Origin: Octopus bimaculoides
Taxonomy: Eukaryota
Assembly (NCBI RefSeq): GCF_001194135.2
Contig: NC_068981.1
Span: forward strand, 5,699,998 to 5,763,997
Direction: 5' to 3'
DNA length: 64,000 nucleotides
Positions 1-14,054 of this stretch are shown here, piece by piece. A program made the translations under genes and the position numbers. The notes beneath the pieces were generated by a model. That model was not told the origin of the DNA, made no database searches, and saw only the letters and a program-made list of their open reading frames with translations. Within the stretch, counting starts at the first letter, position 1; each line of letters opens with the position of its first letter.

Positions 1-67
1 TTCTGTTTAAGTGCAGATGTGGCTTGCTTTGGAACTGAGATTTTGAGTTCAATCCCCACTACATGAC

Positions 68-601
68 ATGCATGGTGTAGTGGTTAAGAGCGCAGGCTAC
101 TAACCCATAAGATTCCAAGTTCGATCCCAGGCAGTGACCTGAATAATAATGATAATAATTAACAGTTGCCGGCGTCACCTTACCGGTACGTGTGCCAGTG
201 GCACATGAAAAACAACATTCGAGCATTGCCAGTGCTGCCGAACTGGACCTCATGCCAGTGTCACGTAAAAGCACCCACTACACTCTCGGAGTGGTTGGTG
301 TTAGGAAGGGCATCCAGCTGTAGAAACTTTGCCAGATCAGATTGGAGCCTGGTGCAGCCTTCTGGCTCACCAGTCGTCAGTCAATTCATCCAACCCATGC
401 CAGCATGGAAAGTGGACATTAAATGATGACAACGATGATGAATAAAAACAACATTGAAAAATAGTTTAGAAATGAGAACCCAGGTTTGAAAGTTCCCAAG
501 ACACCCGATGAAGGCTGGAGGGTATATCAGCTGAAATGTTGTGTTATCAACAAACAAGATGAGGACAAATATCCGTTAAATGCAAATAATGTAAATAATG
601 T
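68..601 (+). mobile_element. tRNA-head/Penelope-terminal-repeat unit, interrupted by an RTE-tailed SINE (about 160-440)
   Basis: A/B-box head at about 70-145 and (AAT)n; the unit resumes at about 455 with GAGAACCCAGG...GACACCCGATGAAGGCTGG...GAAATGTTGTG, matching copies at 2525, 17625 and 51955. Confidence 0.75.
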
Positions 602-667
602 AAGAGTCTTCTATTATAACTCACTTTGTGAGTGAATTTGGTTGACAGAAACTGTGTGAAAGCCCAT

Positions 668-1135
668 GGGTGTGGGTAAGAAGTTCACTTCCCAACCACA
701 TGGTTGTGAGTTCAGTCCCACTGCATGGCACCTTGGGTAAGTGTCTTCTACTGTAGCCTCGGGCAGACCAAAGCCTTGTGAGTGGATTTAGTAGATGGAA
801 ACTGAAAGAAGCCCGTCGTATATATGTGTGTGTTCTCCACCGATACTGCTTCATAACTGGTGTTGGTTTGTTTACATCCCTGTAAGTTAGTGATTTGGCA
901 AAAGAGACTGTTGGAATGTGTACCAGGCTTTACACGCAAACTAAGTCCTGGTGTTAATTCATTTGACTGAAATTCTTCAAGACTGCGCTCCCGCATGGCC
1001 GCAGTCTGATGACCGAAATAAGTAAACGATAAAAGATGAGTGTGGGTGTTTTTGTCTCTTCATTGCTTGACAACCAGTGGTGGCCTGTTTACATCCCTGT
1101 AACTTAGTGGTTCAGCAAAAGAGACAAAAAAATTA
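668..1135 (+). mobile_element. tRNA-derived SINE (family with CTTCCCAACCACATGG...CCAAAGCCTTGTGAGTGGATTTGGTAG core); representative of many copies
   Basis: Same core recurs at about 4140, 16660(-), 17230(-), 18860, 26030, 27740, 41930(-), 52690 and elsewhere. Confidence 0.8.
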
Positions 1136-2049
1136 AGTAATTGTCATTAGGAAAAACAATTCAAAGACCTCCATCCAGTTTCAGCTGATTGTTTAGCATT
1201 CCCCCACTACACACATTTCCCTAGTTCCCTAGTATCACTATAATTCCTCTCTGTAAAGTAGCTGATGACACAACAAGGGGTCAAGAAGACCCTTTAGTAT
1301 TGTCAAGAACATAACAATCCTCTCTAGTGATGGGGCCATCATAAAATACTCCCAGTACACTTTATTATGTGTGGGGTTGAACAGAGACTTTAGTTTTGTT
1401 GAAGTGCTGGATGTGGGATGGAAACTGTGAAAAATGTGGTGGTGGTGGGGGGTCTGTTGTAGTAAACACTGTTGGAAGTGATGTTATCTAAGCATGAATA
1501 GCTAACTTTGACATTATTGGTATTAAAAACTTTATAATACAAACATCATGCTCTTTGTTAAATCCTACAAACTTCCAGCGACTTGAAGCCAATATACTGC
1601 CTGCTCTACCACATGGAGTATCTAATGGAATCAACTAGCATTGCCAGTTAGCCAAAGTATCCACATGACCTGTACTGACAAATGGAAGCCCAAATATTCT
1701 CATTTTGAAATCATTTTAAAATTTGTTTTAAATTCTCTTCACTCTAACTCCACACATCTGAGGATGTGGACATAGTCAGCATCTATGAAACTTTAAATTG
1801 TGCTGAGTCAAACTGTTGTGAAGTACTAACAATTCCAAGCAAATGCACCAAGTACTACTGCCTTTCTTTGTTTTACCTACTTGTGTGTGTGTGTGTGTGT
1901 GTGTAATAGCAGTAGTAGTAGTAGTAGTAGTAGAATATTTTCATTACAATTTGTTATAGTTAATTCTTTAAAATATGCATGGGTTTTAAGTGAAAATATT
2001 GGTGTAAGTAACTTTTGTAATTATGTTTATTCAATAGTCACAGGTATAT

Positions 2050-2676
2050 TTTGTATTGTTTCCAAGTCATAGACACTTAATGCCTTATGGTTGATGAGTT
2101 ATGCAGTTTGGTTGTTTTGCCTTGCTTGTTGTTAATAATTTGTTGTTTGTTATGGCTTTCAAGTTTTTATTTTATCATTTTATATCACTTATGGGGTTCT
2201 TCTATGCTAGTTTATTCCCATGTGACATGGTTTGGGAACATTAGTTAGAAGGTATATTGTTCTGCTAGTTTACATTCAATTCATTTTTGGAGTGTGTTAT
2301 AGAGTTTGAAGCCACGTTTCTGTGTTTGTTAATTTATTTGTTTGAAGTATGAAGTCAGTTATTTCTTTGGTTGCTATTTCCCATGTTACGTATCTGTGGT
2401 TCAGTAAATTTTGCCCAAGACATTTTAGTTCACTGGTTCAGTTTTGTTCTGTAGTTTTTGAGGTTGCATTGTTGTTTTTTTTTAGATATTTATTTGCTTT
2501 ATAGATACTAAGGTTCTATATTTAAGAGATGAGGAATTATTTACATTTGATGGATATTTGTCCTCATCTTGTTTGTTGCTAACACAACGTTTTGGCTGAT
2601 ATATCCTCCAGCCTTCATCAGGTGTCTTGGGGAAATTTCAAACCTGAGTTCTCATTCCTAAGGTATTTTTCAATGC

Positions 2677-2708
<32 letters not shown>

Positions 2709-3130
2709 TCGCTGCCTGGAATTGAACTCAGAATCTCTAGGTTAGTAGCCTGCACTCTTAACCACTTGCCCAAGGTGGTTTTTTTTGTTCCTGCTGATTG
2801 TCTTGATTCCCAGGCAGCATTTGTGTTTTTAATTCTGTGGATTCTGCCAGATTGAATGTTACAGCTCAGGTGTTGAAACCATAATGATATCTTGTAGGCA
2901 GTTGATGATGGGAATACACACATGATAGGCTTTGTTGCCCGTGAATCGTTATAATCTTAGGATGTCGTTATTCTGAGTTGTCCCCTCATTGTCTTAATGA
3001 TGAACATGTTTAGGGATTCAGAGTTTCCCATGTTTTTTTTTTGTTATTGCATTCATTGATATTGCATGAGTGCCTCCATGGGGCATTCTTATTTGGAGAG
3101 GTTAATAATTGTTTTTTTAGTGTTGAGAGG
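2050..3130 (-). mobile_element. Highly decayed R4-like (RLE) non-LTR retrotransposon fragment, interrupted at 2525-2770
   Basis: Minus-strand translation with many stops resembles the RT C-terminal/zinc-knuckle region (ETL..TCSSLRQ...RHPKII). Weak similarity only. Confidence 0.35.
2525..2770 (-). mobile_element. tRNA-head/Penelope-terminal-repeat unit with a defective hammerhead (GAAA to AAAA)
   Basis: Near-identical to 17625-17857; minus-strand core reads GACAC CTGATGA AGGCTG..CAGCC AAAACGTTGTGTT. Confidence 0.8.
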
Positions 3131-4863
3131 TTGTCTGGCCTATGTTTTTGGGATTTAACTGACCACCACCACCACCACCACCCAAATTGCTGGCCTTGAC
3201 CTGAAATTAAAGGGATCAGCTGGCAGACCCATTAGCACATTACTTTAAATGTTGAGCAGCACTTTGTTTATCATCATGTCATGAGTTCAAATTCGACTGA
3301 GGTCAGCTTTTGTTCATTCTTTTGGGGCCAGTTAGATAAATACCATTATTGCTAATAGGGTTGTCGTGTAGCAGAATCATTAGGCTGTCAGCTAAAATGC
3401 ATTTTGTGCTGAGAAAAGGGGTTTGATAGGTTTAAAATTTTACCTGGTTTAGCTACACTTTCTGGTTTTTCAGTGGAATTTGTTTTGGCACAAGGATTAC
3501 AAGGAGGATCAACACAGCCCCACCCCCATTCCTTTCAACCAGAAGTGTCATACTTGGAACCAATCTTTCGTTCTCCATTCCCAAACATTGTTGCTGTTGT
3601 TATTGTCATCATCTTTTACTTTCTCCATTCTGGCATTGGTTGGATGGTTTTAACAGGATCTGACAGGTCCAGAGACAGTATTATGTTCCAATGTCCATTT
3701 TGAATAGAATTCTTTGGCCGGATGCCCTTCTCTACCAAGTGCTTTAATCAACCTTTATTTCCCAGACCTGTTGTTGGAACCATGTGCAGCATTATTGGTT
3801 GGTGCAGTTATTGCTGTTTTCACAGAGACAGTCAGGTTAGCGATTGTTGTTTTTTTTTAATGTTGAATAGTATTTTGGATATGACTGGTGCCATTTGTCA
3901 AATGTCTTCTGCTAATATTGCTGTTACTACACTGACAGAAAAGTCTGAAGCATTATTATCTATAAAAGCTTGATAGAGAAATTCAAAAGCCACATCAAGC
4001 GACAGAGGTGCACTCTTTGTTAATAATCATCAGACACTGTTTTAATAGTTTGACAGATTGTTTTAATGTGTGTGATTTTTCAATGTTACATTTTGGAGGC
4101 ATGCACACTGCACATGGATTACACGATTAAAAATATATAGGTGCAGGTGTGGCAGTATGGTAAGAATCTTGCTTCCCAACCACATGATTCTGGGTTCAGT
4201 CCCACAGCATGGCACTTTGGGTAAGAGTCTTCTGCTATAGCCTCAAGCTGACCAAAGCTTTGTGAGTGGATTTGGTAGATGGAAACTGAAAGAAGTCTGT
4301 CATGTATATCTCTACCATTTTATATATCTATACAGATCGATTTGATATGGGTGATTCTTTCTCGCCTCAGGATTCATGGTCAAATGGCTGGGTGGAATTG
4401 CCTGAAAAATTACACAGATGTGTAGAATGATCCGGTGGTGATGCTGGGCTTTGTATTTTTTCATAGCTCCCATGGTTACCGAGATAATCTACTATAATGA
4501 TACTCTTGTGTTTATGAATGAGAAAAGAAGGGGTGATAGATGGATAAGGAAGGAAGAGGTGATGTCATATTTGGTAGTAGGATGATGAAAATTGTACGCT
4601 GATAAAATAAATCAAACAGCATTTCAACTTTGTATGTAAAAGTGGGGGTATGTGAATGTGTGCGTGCGCAATGGAAGTGGGATGCTTCATCTTTGTTCGC
4701 TTAGTATTTGGGTTTATTTCTTGATTTGGTTGAATTTTGTTGGTTATTTTGACAGAAAAAAGTCACCCTAAAATTGTTTAACATAAGCGTGCTCACACAA
4801 GTTGAATCTTTACACAGAGCAGGGTTTACAGCCACATTACGCAAACCAACCGGGTGGAACCGG

Positions 4864-4866
<3 letters not shown>

Positions 4867-4953
<87 letters not shown>

Positions 4954-5071
4954 NNNNNNNNNNNNNNNNNNNNNNNNNNNNNNNNNNNNNNNNNNNNNNN
5001 NNNNNNNNNNNNNNNNNNNNNNNNNNNNNNNNNNNNNNNNNAAAGAGAGAGAGAGAAAGAGAGAGAGAGAA

Positions 5072-5102
<31 letters not shown>

Positions 5103-5105
5103 AAG

Positions 5106-5147
<42 letters not shown>

Positions 5148-5153
5148 TGTGTG

Positions 5154-5189
<36 letters not shown>

Positions 5190-5190
5190 T
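4867..5190. repeat. (GA)n/(GAAA) microsatellite with assembly gap, then (TG)(TA)(CA) runs
   Basis: Direct inspection; accounts for the RE/SL-repeat ORFs 4701-5292. Confidence 0.95.
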
Positions 5191-7252
5191 ATAACAGATA
5201 AAATACATTACAGAAAAATGAAAACAATAGCTTTAAGATGCCACTTGTATTTATTTCATAAGAATGATAACAATATACAGTTGAAAATATAGCTACTATC
5301 TTTGTAACAGAAACAGAAAATCATGATAACAATAAACAGTTGAAAATATAGCTACTATGTTTATAATAGAAAACAAATAAAAAAAGATTCACTATTGAGA
5401 TTCAATTTCTTTTCCATTAACAATTCAAAATTTAAGAAATCCAAATTTTTTTTTTTTTTACTGACATAGCTGGGAGGTTTATCAAAAATTGTAAGCCCTT
5501 ATACACAGTCAGAGCCATGTGTGACTTGGGGCCAGACTTAGAAGAGATAAAACTGAAAAACAACAAAAATATATAAAATTATTAAAATAGCTATTTCCAT
5601 ATCATGCTTTTAATGTATACACAATATTGACTGGAAAGATGCTGTGGCTTTCATCTAAGGCAAAATCTCTTAAGGATGTGACGTTAAAAACATATATTGA
5701 AGGGAAACAGAAAAATGCTCCAGCAGGGGTTAATGTGAACACCAGATACATTTTAGCATTTTGGGCCTTGTCAATGGTGTTCTGGTCATGCACCCAGATG
5801 GAATTGTGCTTTGTTTTTATACAACCCAGCAGCTCTTCACAAATCTGTGGCTGCAATTTTCATTGCTTTCTATATCAGAGGTAACAAATCTTGTCTAGAG
5901 ATGTGGCTGCAAGTACATATTGTTGATGAGTCTCAAGAATGCTGAAATGCATCTTTGGTTCTCTAGCTGCTGCCAGAACAATTTTTCATCACCCTCCAGT
6001 ATATACTGTGCTTCTAACACAGAACTATCTTGGATGAGAACTGCAGCACCTTGCCTACCAACTGTGTATATAAGTTGAGTATGATACGTAGATGGCTGTT
6101 TTATACTGCTCCATTTGTGCACAACAAGAGATATAAAAGATTACTTTTTTTTGCACTAGAGAAAGAGGATAATCAGAGAACATGTGTTCACTTTGTCTTC
6201 TAGTTTCCTTTCAAAATTTCAGTTTGTTATGGTATAAATACTGAAGTGGGGAGAGAAAAAAAAATTAACCTTTTACCATTTTAAAGGATAAGAGTAATAA
6301 AAACCTTTTTAAAATTTCTGGAATGTGAAAATAAAGAAATTTAAAAGTTAATTTGGTCTTTTCCAAATAACGAAAAAGAAAAAGAAGAAAACAAAAATAT
6401 TCAAGAGAACGATAAATTATAATTATGATTAGCCAAAGTCCCTAAGTTTGCAAAAATAAAATCTGAGGCATTTTCATTAATCTAAGATCAAATATCAAGG
6501 ATTATATAATTCTAAATTAGAAATAAATTGAAAATTAGATTCAGATTCTCTCACACATACAAACGTTTTGATAAAACTTTTACAAGGAAAAAGATTCTCA
6601 GTGACTTCAAAGCTTCATCTTGTTTGCCTTCATCAGTTTGTCAAAGGCAAGCAAGTTGAAATTTCGAAGTTACTGTCAACCTTTTTTCTTGTGAAAGTTA
6701 AACATGTACTCTACTAAAAAGTATTGAGTAATTTTTCAGCTTAGAATTAAACTGTTTTTATACATTCCTTGACACAAGAACAAACATCAATATCACACAC
6801 AGACATACATATATCACACACATGAAGGATATTTAATATATATTCATAAAATTGAACCATTCAATAACCGCTGAACCTACAAAACCAACAATAATTTAAA
6901 AGAAGAAGCTAAAAGACATTGAAACAACAATTACATTAAGTCTTCATATTTTTCGCAGTAGTTAATTCAAATTCTCATTAAATTAATTAGTAATTCAAAT
7001 TTTAAAGAATACATTTAGGAAGATGGTGGTAACTGAAACAAAATAATTTATCTAAGAAGCAACTAAAATATACGAGAGGCAGCTACATGTATACTCTTTG
7101 GAAAATGAAATTGAAGATTCTTATGGAATGTTTTTTCTTTTAGCTTATTTTAATGGCTAACAAAATACATTGGTATTTTTACCAGCAGAAGAGCATCAAT
7201 ATTTTAGATACTGAAATGATTAAAACTATTCCAATTTAAAGAATAATTAAAG

Positions 7253-7534
7253 CAGGGGTTCTCAACCAGGGCCCGTAAAAGATTTTTCGGGGTCCACAGA
7301 AGTATTTTATGAATCCATGAAAAAATTTTTTATTTCAGATGTATCTATTGTAAGGAATGGATTTCTTTCACTGATGTTTTACATTATTTAACCAACACAA
7401 GTGAATGTGTAGATAAACGAAATAGGAATTTGGAAAGAAGTATCTGTGAAACTAGTCTTTAAACATGGAATGGTTATGGGGGTCAACTAAAATAAAATAG
7501 GTCCATAGGTAAAAAGAATGGTTGAGAACCACTG
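7253..7534. mobile_element. hAT/Charlie-type MITE
   Basis: TIRs CAGGGGTTCTCAACC / GGTTGAGAACCACTG; 8-bp flanks AATTAAAG / ATCTAAAG (6/8 match). Confidence 0.8.
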
Positions 7535-7734
7535 ATCTAAAGGAACCAATTGAGGAAGGAATACCAGAACATGAATTTTGATCTCAAGTTACACTTTAAT
7601 ATTTCACACAATATTTAGAATACAATATTTCAAGTTATGTTACCAAAAATAAATAAATATAAACAGACATGACAGAAACACCAATCAGTTGAACACTTCA
7701 AAAAAAGACTTTTTTCATGTTTTTAATGATTTAA

Positions 7735-7898
7735 CCCTTTCGCATTTAAACTAGTCAGATCCAGCTTTTCACACCTATCCCACAATGCTATTCTAAAAAT
7801 AAACAATCACATCGTTAAAATCTGTAATGCACAATTACTTCAAAATAATGTGAATAAATAAGCATTACATTTGGCAGAATAATCTGAGTGTTAAAGGG
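7735..7898. mobile_element. piggyBac-like MITE (TTAA|CCCTTT...AAAGGG|TTAA); related pieces at about 30420, 51500-51660 and 62890-63080
   Basis: TTAA on both sides (7731-7734, 7899-7902) and short CCCTTT TIRs; interior shared with other copies. Confidence 0.75.
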
Positions 7899-10800
7899 TT
7901 AAATAAGTTTTTTTTAAAAATGGCTACACGTTTCTGGAATGTATTTATGAGCAAAACTATGCCAGCTTATGTCAAATCTTGTAAACTACATCACAAAAAT
8001 ACTGCTAAGACAAGTAGTTTTATTTTGCAAACAATATGCAACAAGTCATAAGCCAAGGCTTAACAGATTTCAGACAAATTTTAACAAATTTCATATTCAT
8101 TTATATTTCAAATTTCTAAATCTAAAAATCTGGCTAATCATACAGAAAGCAATAAATTGAATATTTAAATATTGATGAAATATAATTTGAATATATAAAT
8201 AAAGAAAAATGTTGGTTTCAGATTTTGACACAAAATCATAAATAAAATAAAATAAATATTGATTATCTAAATAAATGTTATTGAATATTTAAACATTAAT
8301 TATTTAAATAACTTAACTATTTAAATATTATTTGAATATTTAAATATATATTCACAATTACTTAAATATTACAGCATATTTAAATATTTGTAAAAAATAA
8401 TTAAATGTAAATAATTCCTGCTTTTATCCTCCTTAGCTGTATTCACTATTGTAGTTCTGAAATTCAATTCATCAATATATGTGAAAAATAACATTAGTTT
8501 TATGAGATCATTGAATATGAGATCAATAACACTTTCAATCAATCTTCAAAAAGTCAAACAATAAGAAATTTATCAAGAACTGATAAAAGTTCAAGAATTA
8601 TTTTAATTCACCAATAAAAACAAGAATATTAATAAAAGAAAATTTTTAAATTGTTTATGAAAAATACCAAATATTTTTTTAGATTCTCAATAATTTAATA
8701 AAATTATTTGCTTCATATTTCTAAATTTGAGAAGAAAAAAAAAAAGAATTTTAGGTCATAAAAAAAAAATAAATGTAAAAAGAATGTTTGTAAAACTAAA
8801 ATATTTTGGTAAAAATAATAGATGCAAAGATTCTAGAAACTTCTGAAGAATTTATAGAAAATTAAAAAATCTTTAAAGAAAGCCTTGCTTTTTTTTTTTC
8901 TTTTTGTTCTTTCACAAAATATTCCCACTTTTAAATAAAACAAAATTAAATAATTAGAGTTTCTTAATTCAAAGTGTTTTTAATTCAAAAATATCAATTT
9001 ATAAAAATTATATCAATTCCAATTTGAATATATTTCATTTTTGGCAACAATTTTCATTTTATTGAAGAGAATTTTTTTTTATTAAGAAATTTAATCTTCT
9101 GCCTTGCACTATTTCATTTTTTTTTTTAAAAAGGCAACTAGAAACACCATTCAGTTAAACACAAATACCAGGCCATTCTTTAGGGGGAAAAAAAAAAAAA
9201 TAAATATAAGATTTTAAANNNNNNNNNNNNNNNNNNNNNNNNNNNNNNNNNNNNNNNNNNNNNNNNNNNNNNNNNNNNNNNNNNNNNNNNNNNNNNNNNN
9301 NNNNNNNNNNNNNNNNNNNNNNNNNNNNNNNNNNNNNNNNNNNNNNNNNNNNNNNNNNNNNNNNNNNNNNNNNNNNNNNNNNNNNNNNNNNNNNNNNNNN
9401 NNNNNNNNNNNNNNNNNNNNNNNNNNNNNNNNNNNNNNNNNNNNNNNNNNNNNNNNNNNNNNNNNNNNNNNNNNNNNNNNNNNNNNNNNNTGGTACATGT
9501 GTGTGTAATAACTCAGTTAAATATAATTGTCACCATATTCGTTTCATTTATCAAATTTCCAAACAGTCCATTGTGGAAATATTCAATTCAGCAATGAACT
9601 GAACTCAGCCAAAAATCCTTAACAAGATGAGACACATTGAAACCAACAAGTTGTTGTCTATGAAGAATCTGGTTACTATTTTTAAAATAACTTAATACTA
9701 TCAGAACATCTTCATCAGTTCTTTATTTCTTTCATTACTGTAGCTGATAAAATACACTGTCTTTGTTTCAATCAATTTTGAAAATAATGAAGAATTTAGT
9801 AAAATAATTTAGTCATTATTAAGCTGGTGTTTGAAACAAATTAACATGAAATTTTGACAGAAAGCTTTAATTCAGATCCATTCAAAACAGGAAGTGTATC
9901 ACAGTTCCAAAGGTGATCTCAGGCAGGTTGGTATTAAAAGCATTAAACCATTAAATATTTATCTGTCTGAGTCCACCTTGGCTTCTATCATTTAAAATCC
10001 CATTTTGAAGTGTCCATAAATTACAAACCTTCTTAATCTTATGCCACAGAACCTCCCAAACCTAGACACCAATATTTAAGCATTGTCTAAGCCTAATTAG
10101 GTTACATATGAAGAAAACCCAACAATACCAAAGAGTAAGAAATCATAAACTATGAATCTACAAACATTTTCCACTTTACAAGAAGGAAGGACAACTCAGG
10201 ATAACGAAACTGAGATATAAGAAATTCACATTCAAGCATAACATATGTGCATTCCCATCATCAGCTGCCTAACAGATATCACTATGTTTTTGACACCTGG
10301 GCAGTATCAGTCAATCTTATGTAAGAACTTTTGTGAAGTTTAGTCTTAAAAAACCCAGCTTAATTACAAACAAAATTCTTGATTACTTTCAAAATTCATT
10401 AAAAATAAAAGCAGTGTATTTCATTAGGAATATGTTCAACAAAAAGGTTAATATCAAGTGATAGAAACAATTCTAGGGTTTCTTTAAATAAATGATTTTT
10501 GTGCTTGGTTTATCAGCTTGCCCTGCTTTTCACTCTGGAATGGTAACAGATTGTCTTTGAATAGAAAAGAAAATATACCAGTAAAACTGATGACTAAAAG
10601 TGTCTTGTCACAGTATTTCTTTGTTAATACTAACTAATTAACTAAAATAAAGAATAAACTAGTTAATAAAGAGTGTGCTAATTGATTTTAACCCAAAATT
10701 GTGCCGTCAACTGCTGTAGGGGAAGGATATATGCTTCATATTGACTATTTCAAAATCAGTTAAAATTCCAGTCGCAGTTTTTTGATTACATCTTCAATTA

Positions 10801-11265
10801 AGAAAAAAAAAAAGTAAAAGAATGACCAATTCTTAGATACTTTCTATCATTTCAAAAATATGCAATTTTATAAACAAAAACTAATTTGGAACTAAATCAA
10901 AACCGATTTGTAATACCCAGTAATTATTCTAAATACCGATATATCTTAAAAAGATATATTAAATCTATTTAAAGTTCTTTGAAGCTTTATTCAAAATTAG
11001 TTTTAAATTTGGGAAAAATATTGGGAGATAAAGGAATGAAAATATTTGAGAATATTTTATGAATCCAAAAGAATTGATGGCAAAATCTAAATTTAATCTA
11101 CTGAAATGCAATCTATTGAACTAACAACTTGTGGTTCTTTCAGACAGCGTTCACATTATTACAAGAATCTTGGTAGGACTGATTCCAAGATTTTTAAAGA
11201 GGGAAAAAAAAATACAATAACCAGATAAAAATAATGAAACAATATGATACCATTGGACAAAAACC

Positions 11266-11299
<34 letters not shown>

Positions 11300-11305
<6 letters not shown>

Positions 11306-11740
11306 GTTTCAAATTTTGGCAAAAGGCCAGCAATTTTTAGGGAAGTGAGGTGGGAAAGTCGATTACATCAACTCCAGTATTTGACTGGTACTTGATTTTA
11401 TCAACTCTGAAAGGCTAAGTTGACTTTGGTGGAATTTGAACTCAGAACTGGAAGAAATGCCACTAAGCATTTTTACCAACACTAAAGACTCTGCAAGTTC
11501 CCCACCTTAACAATAATAATAATTATTATTTCTATTCTAGGCACAAGGCCTGAAATTTGGGGGGAGGGGACTAGTCGATCGCATCGACCCCAGTGTTTTA
11601 CTGGTGCTTAATTTATCGACCATGAAAGGCAAAGTCAACCTTGGTGGAATTTGAACCCAAAGAGTAGCAATGGGCGAAATACTGCTACGCATTTCGTCCA
11701 GCGTGCTAACGATTCTGCCAGCTCACTACCTTAATAATAA
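11300..11740 (+). mobile_element. Tandem SINEs of the GGCACAAGGCC...GACCCCGAAAGGATGAAAGGCAAAGTCGACC family; representative of many copies
   Basis: Same body recurs at about 15220-15680, 22380, 26745, 42650-43060, 44470-44900 and 53735-54300. Confidence 0.8.
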
Positions 11741-14054
11741 TAAGAAGAATAAGAATCTAATACTGAAGTAGCATTAAATGAAATGAACAATTAATGAAAA
11801 TAACCCAAATAATTTTTTTTCAAAAGAGTTAATAAAAAAATAAAAAACAAACAAAAAATCCCCAAAAAATAAAGAAATTAGTTTCAATCTAGAACTTTCT
11901 TTTTTCTTCTATTAGCTGTTCAAGTCGATAGAAATAATTAATTCAAGTGAATATTTGACTAAACTAAACCAGAAAAGTTGTTACAAATACATCAAAAGAC
12001 AACTTGGACCAGCATCGAGACAACAACAATAACAAAAACAACAGCCCAGTAATACCAAAAGGAAGTGTATGGGGAGTGGTGGCTGTGGGAGTGGTGGTGG
12101 TGGTCATGGCATTCTTCTGTTTTATTATGGAACAGCAGTAGCAACAGTATTTAGGTGTTTGGAAAACAAGCTGGAAATAAGGTGGCTTAAAATGGTAAAC
12201 TGGAAAACACCTTTGTCTCTGCATGATGGTTCTTGTGTCTTTGGCCTGCAAAAGAAGACAGAATGTAATTTAACGTGTTCTGTTTAGTAACAAGACGTTA
12301 TATGATAAGTTCTGTTTAGTTATTATATTTGGAAAGAGTCATAATAGAAATGTTGCATACCATATGAAATATATGGAGAGAGTGTAGAAATGGAACCACA
12401 ACCCATACAGGAGAGACATAGTGTAGCCTATGTGAAGGAATTGCAGAACATAAGAGTGAGTACAATAAAAGGAAACAAACATGCCATACAGAAACACAAT
12501 GGTTCGACAAAAAAGTGTTGAAGTAAAGATTCAACACCCAAAAGACCAATTTATATTTTTCCAGTTGTTTTTCTACTGGTCCCCATTGTGATGCTCTTTC
12601 CTTTTCTTTTTACCCTCAACAAGTTATGCTCTTTTCAGCATGATCCATCAATAAATCAAAGAAGGATAAAGATTCCATAACCTTCGGACAGTACCTGGAA
12701 AAATTCCTCTAAGAAATACAAGATAAGTCACCAACACCTGAATTCAGCCAACAACTCCCTGCTTAAGTTGCCGATAATAACTAAATATTGTTTGAAAGAC
12801 TTCAACCAGGTGTTGCTATTAAGTTAAACATTGCCAGGGCCAAGGCTGACTGAGATTTAAGTCTAATGTAGTTGAGAGTTCTTATTCAATAATCACCCAC
12901 TTTCGTTCTACTAACCTACTTGGTTGTAGCTCATAGCAGTAGAGTAAGGCCATTGGTAGATTCAGATATTATAACTGAAATTAAATAATTTATTTTGACA
13001 GAAGACAATATTTTGTGTCAAAACATTTAAATTGAGATTACTGTTTACATGAATATTCCTTATTTGGTCATATTAAAAAGTTTTCAAGTAAGCGTCACCT
13101 TCAATTTAGATAAAATGCTTTTGACATGAAATATCAAAGCAAGTGTACATTTGAAATTGCTAAAATGACAAACTTTCAAATATGAAAACAAATGTCAAAT
13201 GTCAGACAGTGTTTTCCACTGTTACGCAAAAATAGAAAACTTTTATGACATTACATAAGCGGTTCATGCTACACTGGTCATTGAGGTGATGCATAAATAA
13301 GACATTCACAAAACTTTCATAAATTACTAAAAAAGATAAAAACAACAAAACCTAACAAAAAGTACAACAACAATGTATTGAATAAATAAATCCAAATGTT
13401 GAGGATCAGTCGTTTTGCATTTTCTTTTTTAACATTCTATCTGGTCCCCCCCCCCACCAACTTCACAAATATATGTGATTTCAATGAGTTATTCAGCAGC
13501 TAAATCTGAAATCTTCAGTTTTATCAGGAGTGTTAGAGAATAGAAAGTTCCAAGTTATTAAATGGAAAACCCAGCAAACCCAATTTGACGTAGAGTTAAA
13601 AATGCTGTCACAATACTTTGTAGACAAGTGTATTTGGTGTGTGTAATAGTTACACACATACACACCAAACTATATACATACACACCACACCTAACAACAT
13701 ACACACACAACACCTAACAACAGATATGGCACACACAGGCATTCCTTCAGAAATGGTATCACAAAACTGAAATGAAAATTTCTGTAAAAATTTATTATTT
13801 CTTTAATCTCACATATACATAAACCCATATGTGCATACATACATACATACATACACAAACACATACACAAAAAAAAACATAAGCGGTTCATGAAAACAGA
13901 AGATGTACATTTGTGTGTGTGTGTGTGTGTGTGTGCATGTAAGCGTGTTTCACTCTTCACACATGCTCACCACACCCACATTACACCTCCCTCCAAATTG
14001 CTCACAGATGAAGACAACAGCAATGTTCTTACCATTGATTTTCAAATCTTTTAT

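Larger units (their letters stand above)
5230..14054 (-). other. Putative long 3' UTR / downstream region of the VAT1L-like gene
   Basis: Follows the stop codon; very AT-rich and visibly SINE-poor compared with the introns. AATAAA (forward tttatt 5250-5255) is followed by a U/GU-rich tract on the minus strand. The end point is not provable from sequence. Confidence 0.35.

Noticed and set aside
70-145. tRNA-like sequences with A/B boxes (also about 2705-2770, 17785-17850, 52120-52190, 30535-30595)
   Set aside because: No proper acceptor stem, and they are embedded in repeat units; SINE-type heads, not tRNA genes.
1005-1025. CTGATGACCGAAA hammerhead-like string
   Set aside because: No room for stem II; it is a mutated SINE tail (consensus-like AATGACTGAAACAAG).
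5602-6122. Protein-like ORFs on both strands in a higher-GC patch, including RAAGLYKNKAQ resembling an endonuclease III motif
   Set aside because: Short, in different frames, stop-bounded, no recognisable domain or splice chain; the motif frame has many stops.
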